A program made the position numbers and the translations under genes. Positions 9,619 through 20,204 of a stretch of 64,000 nt of DNA are shown here, piece after piece. The number at the start of each line of letters is the position of its first letter. Positions within the stretch are counted from its first letter, which is position 1. Below the pieces are notes generated by a model. The model saw only the letters and a program-made list of their open reading frames with translations. It was not told where the DNA came from and made no database searches. The DNA lies in IMG/VR virus record IMGVR_UViG_3300017963_000190, positions 124,001 to 188,000 of that record. One strand, written 5' to 3'.

Positions 9619-12600
9619 CTAGCGACGTGACTTCAACACTGGTCTATGTGGCATCCAGAATGCATCTAGTGCGGTTCCATGCAGATCTGCTGCGGTGTAG
9701 TAATCTGAATAGTTAGCACCAGCATAAAACAGATTCATGCTGGTTCCCCCTGTAGGTCCACCCGATATTTGCAAAACAGCTTGGTTCCTGTAATCTGGAT
9801 CCTCTGGGCGCATAGCCGTCCCGTAGCATACGTATGCAACAGGTCCTCCATGATCTCTGTGGAGATACACCTGATTACTCGTTGCGAATAGGGGCTCTCC
9901 TGGCATATAAGGAACCGAAACAGGAGGTTCTGTCTCTTGGTCTATAAGATCGAAAACCGTCAAGAGGGCATTACTGAGGGCGGTGCCCGATCCAGGTACC
10001 AGTACTGGCATGCTGAATCTATACGTGTTCGTGCCGAAAAATAGACCCCTTCCTGCACCCATACCATTGTCTGGAGCAGAAATATACGACTCCAACGTGG
10101 ATATGGTGGATGGACTCCAACTTGGTGGGTATCCAACACGAAGCCCCTCAAGAGAAGTCATACTGGAGGCATACGTTATTTCGTTACCTTGTGTATAGCT
10201 TGCTGTGGTTCCGTACTCCGAGAATGTTTTTCTACTGCAGCTTGATGAGAACGGCAGTTTGATTAAATCTACCGACCGTTGGGTGTTCCACGTTGACCCT
10301 AAAAGTAGCTGTGCATTGTTGTAGAAATACTCAGAGTCCGAGACCACTGAAGTATTCCACATTAGTCCTGTGCTGTGCTGTTCGACATAGTTTAAGTGAT
10401 ACTCTACTGCTAGTCTATCATAGACACCACCAAGACGTACTAATTCATGGGTGATCACCGATCCAGGATGCATGAAAAAAGCCATGTCCTCGATGGCCGT
10501 TCCACTGTTGATTGGAATTTTGCTTGTATACCGAGGCTTCTTATTGTTCATGTCCAAGTAGCCAGCGGGTGTTGACACCAGTGCTGAACCACCAAGGGAC
10601 AGTAAAAATATACCGCTGCCGGACGTTGGGAAAAAGCTGGAGATATCCGCGTTGGTACGTATACGTTTAACAATTTCGCCGCCGCGTGTGACCGGGTTTA
10701 TCCAATAGCTGGCGTTGTTTATAGCAGCTAGGCTCCAGTATTCTAGGAACAGCGTTGGATTGCCTGTGGTTTCTTTATAAGAAGACGGCGCAATCACCGA
10801 CGTCTCGTCTAATTTTTTCGGTTCGCCGTGTGCAGCGAGAGGTGTTAGCCCGTTTATGAAATGGTGATACCGCCTAAGGTCAACAAAGGCGACATAGCTT
10901 GGTTCATACCCAGGAGCATAGCTCAGATGGCCAGACGCCACGCCGGCCCTAGACGGGTCGATATCGAAATCCATGACTCCCGTATGGTAGTTGGACGATA
11001 TGGAGTCGAACATTTGAGAACGTTGCGGGAAGGGAAGCCTGAGAATAGCAGCTGGGGCTAATCCTCTACCTTCTCCAGCACGTTCGTTTAGCTCCACCGT
11101 ACCTAGTGGATGCTGCGGCTTCACCAGATCTGTTACGTTGTACTCCTCAAATCCTGGAACGCTTACAAGCGATAGTGGTGAATGATTAACCGGCTGACCC
11201 GACCAGCCATCTACCCCAGAGTAATACGAGCAAGCCCCAGACTGGCTTACAAAGAACTCGCTATTGTTTTCCACCTGCCCGTGAAGCATCTTTTTGGCTT
11301 TAGTGAGAGCTCCAGGCAGAACAGGGGTTTTTCCGCCGTCGGACATCAATCCTTGGTAGGGTGTGTACGTGTAGTGAATTACTACCTGGTCTGCTGCAGC
11401 GGAAGTGAGAGGTTTGTGTGCCGGAGCTATCACGAGCAATCTGGTATCTGTAGCAGCCGTAGTGATAATACTCATAAGATTGCTATTCTGGTATCCCCGT
11501 ATTCCACCCCCACCAGCACCCCCTAGCCCTGTGTCTAGCCATGTGTAGTCTGATACCGGATCTGGTCTCGTCCACACACAGGGCATATTTAAATAGGTCT
11601 TTCCGCCAACCGTCAAGTTGCGCCATGTAGCAGATCCAATGCTATAGGCGGCTGCAACACCTGCCCCGGGAGGTGCACCGAAATCTATCTCGTTCTCCTC
11701 CCACTCGAAATAGGCTTGTACAGACTTCCCGCCTTTGCCTATTTCTACCCACTTGTTCACATCAGCAGTCTCGAAGAATATGACAAATTCGGCATCAAAC
11801 GTGTGTGGGCCACCAGAGAAATTGACCGTAATGGCATTTCTAGCCGCAGCCATCGTCATGCTCGAAATGATCGTTGTGACGTCGCTGCCGTAATTTGACC
11901 TGGTAGACATTTTGTCGATGCCTACCATGGTAACAGTGCCGCTTACTCCAGAAGACGCAGTAACGTCCGCAGCGGTTATGGTGACAGAGCTAGCTGCTGC
12001 TATGGATTTTCTCACTACGGTGTACATAGGACCCAAATGCATCTCTTCGTTCGTGCCGCTTGGATCCTTCCTAACCGAATGCACGACGTCTGGGATCTCT
12101 GCGAGACCGTAATTCGCGGAATAAGGGCTTCCTGTGAAGCTGCGATCGTAGTGGACCCACCACGATAACACAGCGGTCGCTGGCGCACTTACGCCCCCTG
12201 GATGGGCTCCGAGGTTAATGTGCCCTTCCATGGTGATAGCTCTTCCGGTGCTATCCATCGCGGTAACTTCAAACCCCTGCCCATCTAGGTAAAAGCCTGG
12301 TTGTGTGTTGTCTGCTTTGTACAAAAATGGGATTGTATATACTGCGTTCGACCCATCTATGTATTTGGCTGCGGCAGGGGAGAAATCAATGCTGCGTTCG
12401 TCCGCTTCTTCTCGTGTTGACCATAAAGGAGGACCGTAGAAATCGTTGTCAGCTCGCTCTGCGTACAGTGCTGCTGGTATATGCCTTACTATTTGAAAAT
12501 ACTGGTTTGGGATAGCAGAAGAGTGTATTTGAAGAACACCACGAGGTAGTCCAGGCCCGGGGCCTGGTTCGTACGTGTAATCGTACAGATCCCCAGAAGA

Positions 12601-15000
12601 GCTCGCAAAGAGGTCGAATTCGACACCGACCAAGTGCAGCTCTTTGGCATCGCTCCATATTTTTCGGATGCTATCTGGGGGCGTTAAATTAAAAGCCCCT
12701 GCTACCGTTCCTAACGAGTCGGTTTGGAGGATTCTTGCCCCTCCCACCGTTCCGCCAGTACCAGCACCCTGGTATTTGTTTGCCATGCGTGTTCTAAGCT
12801 GCCCTCGCATGGCAAGATCCATTGTGTGGTCGATAAGAGCTGGGAGCTCTTCCGTATCTAGATCTGCACGTCGGCGCAGGTCTACCAGATCATCCTGATG
12901 GATCAGGGTAGCATCTGTACGTGTATCTGGGCGGCTTACCCCAGTACCATTAGGGTTGGTGTTGAAATCCCATGGGGAGGTGTTCCGGCGATGGATGAGG
13001 CATACTGGAATTGCCCATTCTGCCAGGAACGGGTGAATGCGGTCATCGGCGTCTATAGCTATAGCGCGGGACCAGAGACCACCGTCTTCGTACTGAAGAC
13101 TCGGAGGAAGCGTCACATCGCCTTTGGTCCATCCGTCCAGGGGCATGATCTCATCTTCATCCGTGTAAGCCGTGCTGCCTATACTGCGGAAAACAAACTG
13201 CCACTGCACAAAGCCCTTTTTCCATCCTTGTCCGCGCATTGTTCCAGCGATGCCCGATGGAATGAGGGGACGGTGCTTTAGGCTCCTGTAATAGTCAGTG
13301 ACCGCGGACCCTAGCTCATTATCATACAAAGTGATATTGAGCTTTAAGTAGACCATGATGCGCTCATGCGACGCAGCAGGTGGGGTTCCTAATTGAATGT
13401 CCACTCCGCCCGGAACACGAATGCGATCCTCGATGCCGCGCATGCGCACCTTGAACGTTTCGTCCGCAACGCGAATAGAATTCGCAGCACCTACGGTTTG
13501 GATGATGGTGTCGTAACCTTCTAGCCAGCCGCTAGGCTCATCGTGTGGGTAGTGGTCTATGCCGACCGGTGCCTCTTCTGTGGCATGGATTTTGTCCATG
13601 AGTCCACGGGTGGCTTGGTCGAGATCACATACAGGGTACACAGGGAATACGTGACGTACTCCGTCTCTAAAGAGTTTGATCCCGTCGCCACCTCCAGGGT
13701 TTTCCGTAGACAGGCGCTTTACCACGAACAGGGGGATAGCCCAGCTGTACCCATCAGACGCGATTGTGGACGCACCAATCCAGACGCGATCATCTGAGCC
13801 TGCACCGGCAGGCTGCGCAGAAAAAGCATTTCCGTCATGGTTCAAAATGGCAGCTACCATCGTAGCATCCGAAGGATTGTACAGCCCTACGGTAGACCCC
13901 ATGTCCGTCTTGAAGCCCAGACGATACTTTACGACACGCCAATCATGGTTGTCGGACTCAAAAGTATTTACATCGAAGTTGTCAGCAGTCGGTGCTACAG
14001 GGATGCCCGCTTTCCATTGGAGCTCCTCTACCTTATCACTGATCTCTCCGATTGTGTACGTAAGCGTTCCATCTGGGTTCCTGTCGTACGTCCAGGTTTC
14101 TGGAGCACTGATGTCCTCACGCCATACTTCAAGGAACACGAGGTCGTAGCGGGTGCCGACGCCTGGTTTGGGATCCAGTGTAACGTACTGACCATGCACC
14201 TCCATGTAGTGGCCGTTCACTAGCGCGGAAAACGTGTCCACCCCGATCTGATCGGCAATGCTAGGAGTCTGTTCGAAAACTAGGTCGGGTTCAGCAGCGT
14301 AGGGGCTCTGAGGGGGCCTTGGACCACCAATAACCCCAGACCCATTTTTGATTCGATCGCGCTCGGAGTCCGCGATCAGCTTGTTCATCAAAGTGGTTTC
14401 GGAGTTATAGGAGCCAGTGTTGAGCGGTTCCCAAATAGTGCCATTCCAGAAGAAGAAGGTGTTGTCAGAATCGACGAAGTAGAAATCGCCGATGCGGTTG
14501 GCCTCTGGAGCTCCGGTAGGAAGCGCTGCTGGATTGGCTACCTTACCGCGGAACCAGTTGCGGCCTAGCGGATCCACCTCATCTCGATTTGTGAGGTCAA
14601 TGTCGTTTACGGTGACACTCACGGCAGCAGGAGCTAGCGTGACCACCCCGTATACGATCATGTAGTCTTTTTCTGGATGCGCGTTGTATACCGATTGCTC
14701 TAGCACCTGGTAGGTGAGCGTTGGGGTTGCAGGTACACCCCCTTCGTTGTATTTGGCCCACAGGACCACATATTGAGTCTGGCCCGCAGACACAGGAAGC
14801 GTGGCCTGTGAGTCTTCCACCACAGTCATGCCGTCAAAACTGACGGCCACTGCCGGGTCGACGATGACATTCAAGCCAGAAGGGGCTGGATTAAGCGCAC
14901 CTCCCCACACGATGCCTCTGTGCACAATGCGCCGCAACCTGTCATTTAAATCTCTGGTTGCGTCTGGGTTTTTCCAAATAAAACTGGCACGGAGAGTCAT
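9619..15000 (-). CDS. Very large virion structural protein (1793 aa), probable baseplate wedge/fibre-anchoring protein
   Basis: Long ORF in the baseplate cluster; RYDLVFLEVWRE motif and beta-rich composition typical of large myophage baseplate proteins. Confidence 0.6.
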   Translation of the reverse strand: MTLRASFIWKNPDATRDLNDRLRRIVHRGIVWGGALNPAPSGLNVIVDPAVAVSFDGMTVVEDSQATLPVSAGQTQYVVLWAKYNEGGVPATPTLTYQVLEQSVYNAHPEKDYMIVYGVVTLAPAAVSVTVNDIDLTNRDEVDPLGRNWFRGKVANPAALPTGAPEANRIGDFYFVDSDNTFFFWNGTIWEPLNTGSYNSETTLMNKLIADSERDRIKNGSGVIGGPRPPQSPYAAEPDLVFEQTPSIADQIGVDTFSALVNGHYMEVHGQYVTLDPKPGVGTRYDLVFLEVWREDISAPETWTYDRNPDGTLTYTIGEISDKVEELQWKAGIPVAPTADNFDVNTFESDNHDWRVVKYRLGFKTDMGSTVGLYNPSDATMVAAILNHDGNAFSAQPAGAGSDDRVWIGASTIASDGYSWAIPLFVVKRLSTENPGGGDGIKLFRDGVRHVFPVYPVCDLDQATRGLMDKIHATEEAPVGIDHYPHDEPSGWLEGYDTIIQTVGAANSIRVADETFKVRMRGIEDRIRVPGGVDIQLGTPPAASHERIMVYLKLNITLYDNELGSAVTDYYRSLKHRPLIPSGIAGTMRGQGWKKGFVQWQFVFRSIGSTAYTDEDEIMPLDGWTKGDVTLPPSLQYEDGGLWSRAIAIDADDRIHPFLAEWAIPVCLIHRRNTSPWDFNTNPNGTGVSRPDTRTDATLIHQDDLVDLRRRADLDTEELPALIDHTMDLAMRGQLRTRMANKYQGAGTGGTVGGARILQTDSLGTVAGAFNLTPPDSIRKIWSDAKELHLVGVEFDLFASSSGDLYDYTYEPGPGPGLPRGVLQIHSSAIPNQYFQIVRHIPAALYAERADNDFYGPPLWSTREEADERSIDFSPAAAKYIDGSNAVYTIPFLYKADNTQPGFYLDGQGFEVTAMDSTGRAITMEGHINLGAHPGGVSAPATAVLSWWVHYDRSFTGSPYSANYGLAEIPDVVHSVRKDPSGTNEEMHLGPMYTVVRKSIAAASSVTITAADVTASSGVSGTVTMVGIDKMSTRSNYGSDVTTIISSMTMAAARNAITVNFSGGPHTFDAEFVIFFETADVNKWVEIGKGGKSVQAYFEWEENEIDFGAPPGAGVAAAYSIGSATWRNLTVGGKTYLNMPCVWTRPDPVSDYTWLDTGLGGAGGGGIRGYQNSNLMSIITTAATDTRLLVIAPAHKPLTSAAADQVVIHYTYTPYQGLMSDGGKTPVLPGALTKAKKMLHGQVENNSEFFVSQSGACSYYSGVDGWSGQPVNHSPLSLVSVPGFEEYNVTDLVKPQHPLGTVELNERAGEGRGLAPAAILRLPFPQRSQMFDSISSNYHTGVMDFDIDPSRAGVASGHLSYAPGYEPSYVAFVDLRRYHHFINGLTPLAAHGEPKKLDETSVIAPSSYKETTGNPTLFLEYWSLAAINNASYWINPVTRGGEIVKRIRTNADISSFFPTSGSGIFLLSLGGSALVSTPAGYLDMNNKKPRYTSKIPINSGTAIEDMAFFMHPGSVITHELVRLGGVYDRLAVEYHLNYVEQHSTGLMWNTSVVSDSEYFYNNAQLLLGSTWNTQRSVDLIKLPFSSSCSRKTFSEYGTTASYTQGNEITYASSMTSLEGLRVGYPPSWSPSTISTLESYISAPDNGMGAGRGLFFGTNTYRFSMPVLVPGSGTALSNALLTVFDLIDQETEPPVSVPYMPGEPLFATSNQVYLHRDHGGPVAYVCYGTAMRPEDPDYRNQAVLQISGGPTGGTSMNLFYAGANYSDYYTAADLHGTALDAFWMPHRPVLKSRR

Positions 15001-15026
15001 GTGCTACTCCCTACTAAGCTGGATTT

Positions 15027-15464
15027 CTATCCCATGAAGATGCTTATACGGAACTCTGCTGAATCAGAGCCAGTAAACACGATCAAGGGTCGGTTGTGGA
15101 TGGCAAACAGGAACTGTGTTCCAGGTATCTCCGGATCTCCGGGTGGAACGTACACGAGCTCCGCCCACAGGCCTATGCTACTCACGGATCCGATTAATTC
15201 ACCTGCTATCACAGGGCAGACGAAAACAGGACAAAAATCAGAAACGTACTCGATGGAACCTATTGGTTTTGGGCCAAGGAGGTTCGCCCCATCTAAATCC
15301 GTGGCATTAGGATCTACGGCTAACGCAACTGTGGGATCGGCTGGGTTATGTCCTCCACTTGTAATGGAGAAGTAGCTCACCTTGTAGGACTTCCCAGATA
15401 CAAACATCTCCCCGATACGGCGTTTCCCTTCGTTGGTGATGACTGCGATGGAATCATAGGCCAT
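15027..15464 (-). CDS. Stand-alone tail-collar (DUF3751-like) protein
   Basis: AVITNEGKRRI...FSITSGG...SSIGLWA...FLFAIHN pattern. Confidence 0.65.
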   Translation of the reverse strand: MAYDSIAVITNEGKRRIGEMFVSGKSYKVSYFSITSGGHNPADPTVALAVDPNATDLDGANLLGPKPIGSIEYVSDFCPVFVCPVIAGELIGSVSSIGLWAELVYVPPGDPEIPGTQFLFAIHNRPLIVFTGSDSAEFRISIFMG

Positions 15465-15547
15465 AGTATTCCCTGTTCAGCTCGGTAAAGGCTGGGAATG
15501 GGGACAAACGTAGGTAACCCAACAGTTTCCGACCAGTTGAGCCTGGA

Positions 15548-17185
15548 TTACTCTTCATCTAAATATACTTTATAAACCAGGATCTTGTATGCCGGACCTG
15601 AGGCGGTTTTTCGTTTAACTGTAACGATTATCTGATCCCCAGCGGATGCGACGTTCATGCCCGTCATAACGGGCGCTTGTGTTCTTGTAGTCTGGTTAGC
15701 TAATGTTTCTGCAATGTATGCGGACTGCCACGATGAGCCGGCTTCGTTCCAGTACCACAAATCTGACAATCTTTGGACGGTCACCTCACCTTCAACACCA
15801 GCGATGTCCATTTTGTAGACTACACCAAGTTTGTAGGTGGTAGGTCCAGGTTGTGGTAGTCTCTCTATCTGGTAAATTTCGCAAATTACTGAGGTGCGTT
15901 GAACAGATAGCTCGCATGCACGGCGGCTTTGGCCAGCTGTTATGCCGGGGGGATCGATCAACACGGGTTTAACTATATCCCCATCGGTAGTGTTGGAATT
16001 TATCGTGTTCTCAGCGAACTCCCACCCAACCCAGCTTTTGAAAACCCCTCCCCGCTTTTTGTAGTGCTTCCACGCCACGTAGTCCACCTGGGCTCGCGCT
16101 ATAGATGCTCCAGGAGAGGGTGTCCCAAACGAAGCAAAATCCGAGGTAGTGGTGATGAACGTAGGCGCAGGAAAATCGTAGAAGTTGGCCTGCAGGATCG
16201 GGGTCTCATCATAGTTCATGTACACACCTACCTGTCCGTAGGTGGATGGATCTGAATCCCTGTCAACCTTTAGTCGTAGGTGGAGCTCTTCGTCCTCAAA
16301 ATCATACTGGTATAGTGCTAGGTATTCATCGGCAGCCAGTGGATTGAGTAATGGGGAAGTTAACCCCAAATACTGGATGCCTCCCAATCTTACCGCTACT
16401 AATTCCACGAAAGCCAGACGTTCTATGGATGATGACAATCTGCATACGTACACATCCGATGCAGGGGCTACGGCGGCAACAGTTATTCGAATCTCTATCT
16501 CAGTGATGTAGTCCTGCCTAAAAGTGAGCGGGTCTGAGATGGAAAACGTGAAATCGCGCCAGTCTGCCACGCTGGAATCAGATATGAGCAAATAATTTCC
16601 TGTGAGCACCACAGATTGTGTTCCGCTTGTCGACCAGCTTCGGTCCCCCGCAATGGCATCTGGTAGTACCCCATCGTAGGGATCGTAAAACATAATCGAG
16701 TCTACGTACTCAACCTCTAGCCATAGCCGACTCACGCGCAGCTCCCCATTGGTTGGGATAACCGACGAATTGACGCCCACCCCTAGATTCGTTACTTCAG
16801 CCGAGGTGAATCTGGTCGTGGACGTCCAATCCTCGCGTATTCTTATTTCTCCATCAATCCACGGAACGCCTGCAGGCAGAGCCACACTACCGGCGTTCCG
16901 TGGTGTCCCATTTTGAACGACAGTGAATTGTATCGACCCTATGCCAGAATTAAATGGGTCTAGCTGCCCGATGCGATAATGCACTGTTACCGCCATGATG
17001 CGGCCTACTTCTGGTTCCCATCCAGACCCGCAGAAGAAATCGGACAGTTGAGCAGCTGTTGACGTCGACACATAGCTGCTATCGTCTGATTCGTGTCCTA
17101 CTGCTTCCCAAGAGGTTGGGGCACCGGTGAATCCCCATTGATCAGATGTTCCTGGTGCGGTAGTAGGGATGACGATTCTGGGCAT
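15548..17185 (-). CDS. Virion structural protein (545 aa); N-terminal domain homologous to the repeats in 3734-6568
   Basis: N-terminal W..V....DDSSYV...FTSAEVTNLGVG...LRVSRLWLEVEY pattern shared with the 944-aa repeats. Confidence 0.6.
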   Translation of the reverse strand: MPRIVIPTTAPGTSDQWGFTGAPTSWEAVGHESDDSSYVSTSTAAQLSDFFCGSGWEPEVGRIMAVTVHYRIGQLDPFNSGIGSIQFTVVQNGTPRNAGSVALPAGVPWIDGEIRIREDWTSTTRFTSAEVTNLGVGVNSSVIPTNGELRVSRLWLEVEYVDSIMFYDPYDGVLPDAIAGDRSWSTSGTQSVVLTGNYLLISDSSVADWRDFTFSISDPLTFRQDYITEIEIRITVAAVAPASDVYVCRLSSSIERLAFVELVAVRLGGIQYLGLTSPLLNPLAADEYLALYQYDFEDEELHLRLKVDRDSDPSTYGQVGVYMNYDETPILQANFYDFPAPTFITTTSDFASFGTPSPGASIARAQVDYVAWKHYKKRGGVFKSWVGWEFAENTINSNTTDGDIVKPVLIDPPGITAGQSRRACELSVQRTSVICEIYQIERLPQPGPTTYKLGVVYKMDIAGVEGEVTVQRLSDLWYWNEAGSSWQSAYIAETLANQTTRTQAPVMTGMNVASAGDQIIVTVKRKTASGPAYKILVYKVYLDEE

Positions 17186-17186
17186 C

Positions 17187-17423
17187 TTAGTTGCTCGCTT
17201 CCGCGCGTAGTACTACTAGGATCTGGTGCATAGTCAACGCGAAGCTCATCATGTTATCGCGGGTGAAAGAAATTACCATGTCGCCATCCTCGTCTTCGTC
17301 TGCGTATGCCGCAGTTTCGAATAGCATTCGCGTGAAGCTCTCTAGCTGCTGCGCAAGATGCTCCCGGTCCTTTATGTCGGACGGTGAGAGCTTGACGGTG
17401 TATGAATCTTGTTGGTCAGTCAT
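17187..17423 (-). CDS. Small hypothetical protein (78 aa)
   Basis: Fills the gap between co-oriented baseplate genes with tight spacing. Confidence 0.6.
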   Translation of the reverse strand: MTDQQDSYTVKLSPSDIKDREHLAQQLESFTRMLFETAAYADEDEDGDMVISFTRDNMMSFALTMHQILVVLRAEASN

Positions 17424-17434
17424 AAGTACCCGTT

Positions 17435-18745
17435 TTAAGCCAGCTTATCGAAGTAAGGATTATCTAGTAATCCTGGGGTATCTCCTCCAAAGATGGGGTG
17501 GTTAGGTGTCACCGTGCTTGTTACCGTATCCTCTAGCCCCATAGTAGTAAATATTACAGTGTCGGGCCCTTCCATGCAGCAATTCACATCCTCAGCTCTT
17601 TGAGAAGCTGTGGTTGGATAGCCATCCAAGCATTTTCCAAAGTCGAACGATTTTTTTGTGGTGGTGCCTAGCCAGTAGTCGGTTAGGAGGTCGACGTCAT
17701 AGATTGTATCAAATGGTCCGTAGTCTCCGTCAAAATCGGTTCCGCTGTCGAAGTGCTGATACGCGCCTATTCCTGGATGTTCGACAACCTGGTCGAACGG
17801 TGTGGCGAACGCACAAATAGCTACCTCGCAGGTAAGGTCAACTCGGCCTGCAACGACAATATTGTCCAAGCAGCCTAGATAGTCCAGTAAGGCCGTTACG
17901 GTGCAATTTGGGGATAAGTTATCGAATAAATGCTGCTCGTACAAATCGGCATTAACTGCCTGCACAACCGCTTTGTCCTCGAATCCATGAACCAATGCGT
18001 ACGCGTTGTCGACATTATTTATAACGCGCATGAAAGCATGCCACTTGGCCAGACATAAATTGGGAACCCATATGTGCGCTTCGTACCCATACGCGTCATC
18101 TGCTGAAGTAACGGGTTGGTACAAATCGGGCTGCCATAGCTGTGGATTCTTCGCGCCTTTCCAAACTGGAGTCGTGGCTGTAAATGCGGATACGAAGTCA
18201 GTCACCCCTCCCTGCGTCCCAGACGAGTTGAATAACGTGTTGCCGAGCATGCGCACTGACATTATCCGCAGCGAGCGTATGTCTGGTAGTGATGTGCTTT
18301 GCCAAGGTAGTTGATACTCTAGGATAAATGCATTCCACGGAGAGGTGAGAAGGTTGAAATATTTTTCGTTGATGCGACCGGCTACCTCATACTCTTCTCT
18401 AGCTATTAATTCAAAGACCGACGCCATATAGGTGACCACCACCTGAAGGTGTACCGGTTCGTCCACTCCATTTGATACCGTGATGAAATTGATGGCGGGC
18501 GGCTCGAAGAGATCCAGGAACACTGATTGTTCATCCTTAGTGGGGATGATGGTTCCCATGTCCACATCATTGATCTCGATGTTGACTGGATCACTCCTAT
18601 CAGTGGCCAACAAAAACCTGCTCGGTTTAGTGGACCGCGGCATATTGTATTCTGCATGCAGGTAGAATATGCCAGCCGGAACGGACTGGGTCATCTGGTA
18701 TGCAGGAAAGGTCCACGGAACATATGCTGGGTAAAATTCGAGCAT
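17435..18745 (-). CDS. Putative baseplate wedge protein (downstream of J-like)
   Basis: Synteny immediately after the baseplate J-like gene; GTQGGVTDFVSAFT resembles the P2 gpI-like motif. Confidence 0.5.
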   Translation of the reverse strand: MLEFYPAYVPWTFPAYQMTQSVPAGIFYLHAEYNMPRSTKPSRFLLATDRSDPVNIEINDVDMGTIIPTKDEQSVFLDLFEPPAINFITVSNGVDEPVHLQVVVTYMASVFELIAREEYEVAGRINEKYFNLLTSPWNAFILEYQLPWQSTSLPDIRSLRIMSVRMLGNTLFNSSGTQGGVTDFVSAFTATTPVWKGAKNPQLWQPDLYQPVTSADDAYGYEAHIWVPNLCLAKWHAFMRVINNVDNAYALVHGFEDKAVVQAVNADLYEQHLFDNLSPNCTVTALLDYLGCLDNIVVAGRVDLTCEVAICAFATPFDQVVEHPGIGAYQHFDSGTDFDGDYGPFDTIYDVDLLTDYWLGTTTKKSFDFGKCLDGYPTTASQRAEDVNCCMEGPDTVIFTTMGLEDTVTSTVTPNHPIFGGDTPGLLDNPYFDKLA

Positions 18746-18752
18746 GGTGATC

Positions 18753-20183
18753 CTACGCTATATTGAATTGCGGATGCAGAACCGGGAATTCATTTCTTCC
18801 ATTGAAGATGATAAGCTCGATGTCAGTTGTAGCTGTGTCAATCCTATTAAATATGGTGACATTGTATCTGCTCACACCGGCTACAGAGGTAAGCACCGCC
18901 TCCTGATAATCTCTAGGATCCAACCCATGTACGAAGAGGCGTCTATACTGCGTAGGTGCTAATGGATCGCGCAGGTACGATTCCGTGTAGTCGATTATCT
19001 CGTTGATGACTTCTTCTCGGTCCTCCACCGAGGTAGTAACCAACTCCGCTTCTATCTGCACTGGGATCGGGTAGCCTCTGCGGACTAGTACGTCCGTACC
19101 AAAAGGCATCGCTCTGTTAGTAAATGACTGCTGCGCGTCGTAGATGTTTTTGTAGTAGAAATATCGGATCTCTACGGTCTGCCCTGCTTCTAGCGAGAGC
19201 CCGTTCAGGAACACCCTATCTCGTGCGTTTGGAGAACTCCTTCGCACCGGATCTGTGTCTTGTATAAACTGAAAGGCTGCTGGGGAGCCATCTATGATCA
19301 CGGAGTTCACAGCGGCAACAGGCGGCTGGTCTATTGTCACAGACTGCTCTCTCCCCAGCGCTGTGTACTGCATGACGTCTTCCACCGTTTCGTCGGTGAT
19401 CACGTAGACGTCGTATCCGGTTTTACCGTTTAGGTGATTGAGCCGTTCAAAAAGCTCGAACTCAGACGACGATATCATACGGATGTCTGTAATACCAGAC
19501 GGATCGCTTCCCTGTACTTGAGCAATAAGGTTGCCGGCTAGATCCTGGTCTATGCCTTGGACAGTATTCCATAGCAACGCTCTGAACTGCACTTTATCTA
19601 GAGGATCGTTTCCTCCGTAGGCAGGCTCAGTATTAGTTACGCCATCAAAATCCTCTAGCTCAGACAGCAGAGTAGTTATCACGCCTTCAGGTAGATTAAA
19701 ATCCTCACCGATCGATATCGCTTCGGCCTGTACGTTTATCTCGTACCTTTTTGTGTCGGGGTTGTAGTATATGTCTGCGTTGTCCCCCTCCATGGTGCGA
19801 TCTTGTGTTATCGCAAAAGTATATCTCCCGTCTTCCGTACCGACCATATCACCTTCATACGCTGTATATAAAGTGCCGGCCTCTGGCCTGGAGTTTCTCC
19901 AAAGCGTTACGACTACATTAGCCAGGTCCCCCACGTCTGGATCTATGCCATAGTTTCGGCCAAGCGCGTCTATATCATCGTCATCTAGATTTTCTGCGTT
20001 CTCTAGCTGATAGATCGTTTGCAGGTAAGCCGCTTGCGTCTCTGTACGAGAGAGCTCCTCGGCCGCGATAAAGGTGAACACAGCAAACGGCCCCTTCAAT
20101 ATGTCGATGGTGGGGTCTATGTTTTGAAACGTCTCCTGCATGGAGAATAGGATGTCCTGTGTTTCTCTCGGTACAGTTGCCAT
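18753..20183 (-). CDS. Baseplate J-like / gp6-gp47-like wedge protein
   Basis: LDALGRNYGI, V.AEAISIGEDFNLPEG.I, VTNTEPAYGG.D...FRA motifs characteristic of Baseplate_J. Confidence 0.85.
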   Translation of the reverse strand: MATVPRETQDILFSMQETFQNIDPTIDILKGPFAVFTFIAAEELSRTETQAAYLQTIYQLENAENLDDDDIDALGRNYGIDPDVGDLANVVVTLWRNSRPEAGTLYTAYEGDMVGTEDGRYTFAITQDRTMEGDNADIYYNPDTKRYEINVQAEAISIGEDFNLPEGVITTLLSELEDFDGVTNTEPAYGGNDPLDKVQFRALLWNTVQGIDQDLAGNLIAQVQGSDPSGITDIRMISSSEFELFERLNHLNGKTGYDVYVITDETVEDVMQYTALGREQSVTIDQPPVAAVNSVIIDGSPAAFQFIQDTDPVRRSSPNARDRVFLNGLSLEAGQTVEIRYFYYKNIYDAQQSFTNRAMPFGTDVLVRRGYPIPVQIEAELVTTSVEDREEVINEIIDYTESYLRDPLAPTQYRRLFVHGLDPRDYQEAVLTSVAGVSRYNVTIFNRIDTATTDIELIIFNGRNEFPVLHPQFNIA

Positions 20184-20204
20184 GCTAAAACCTTTGTGTG
20201 AAGA

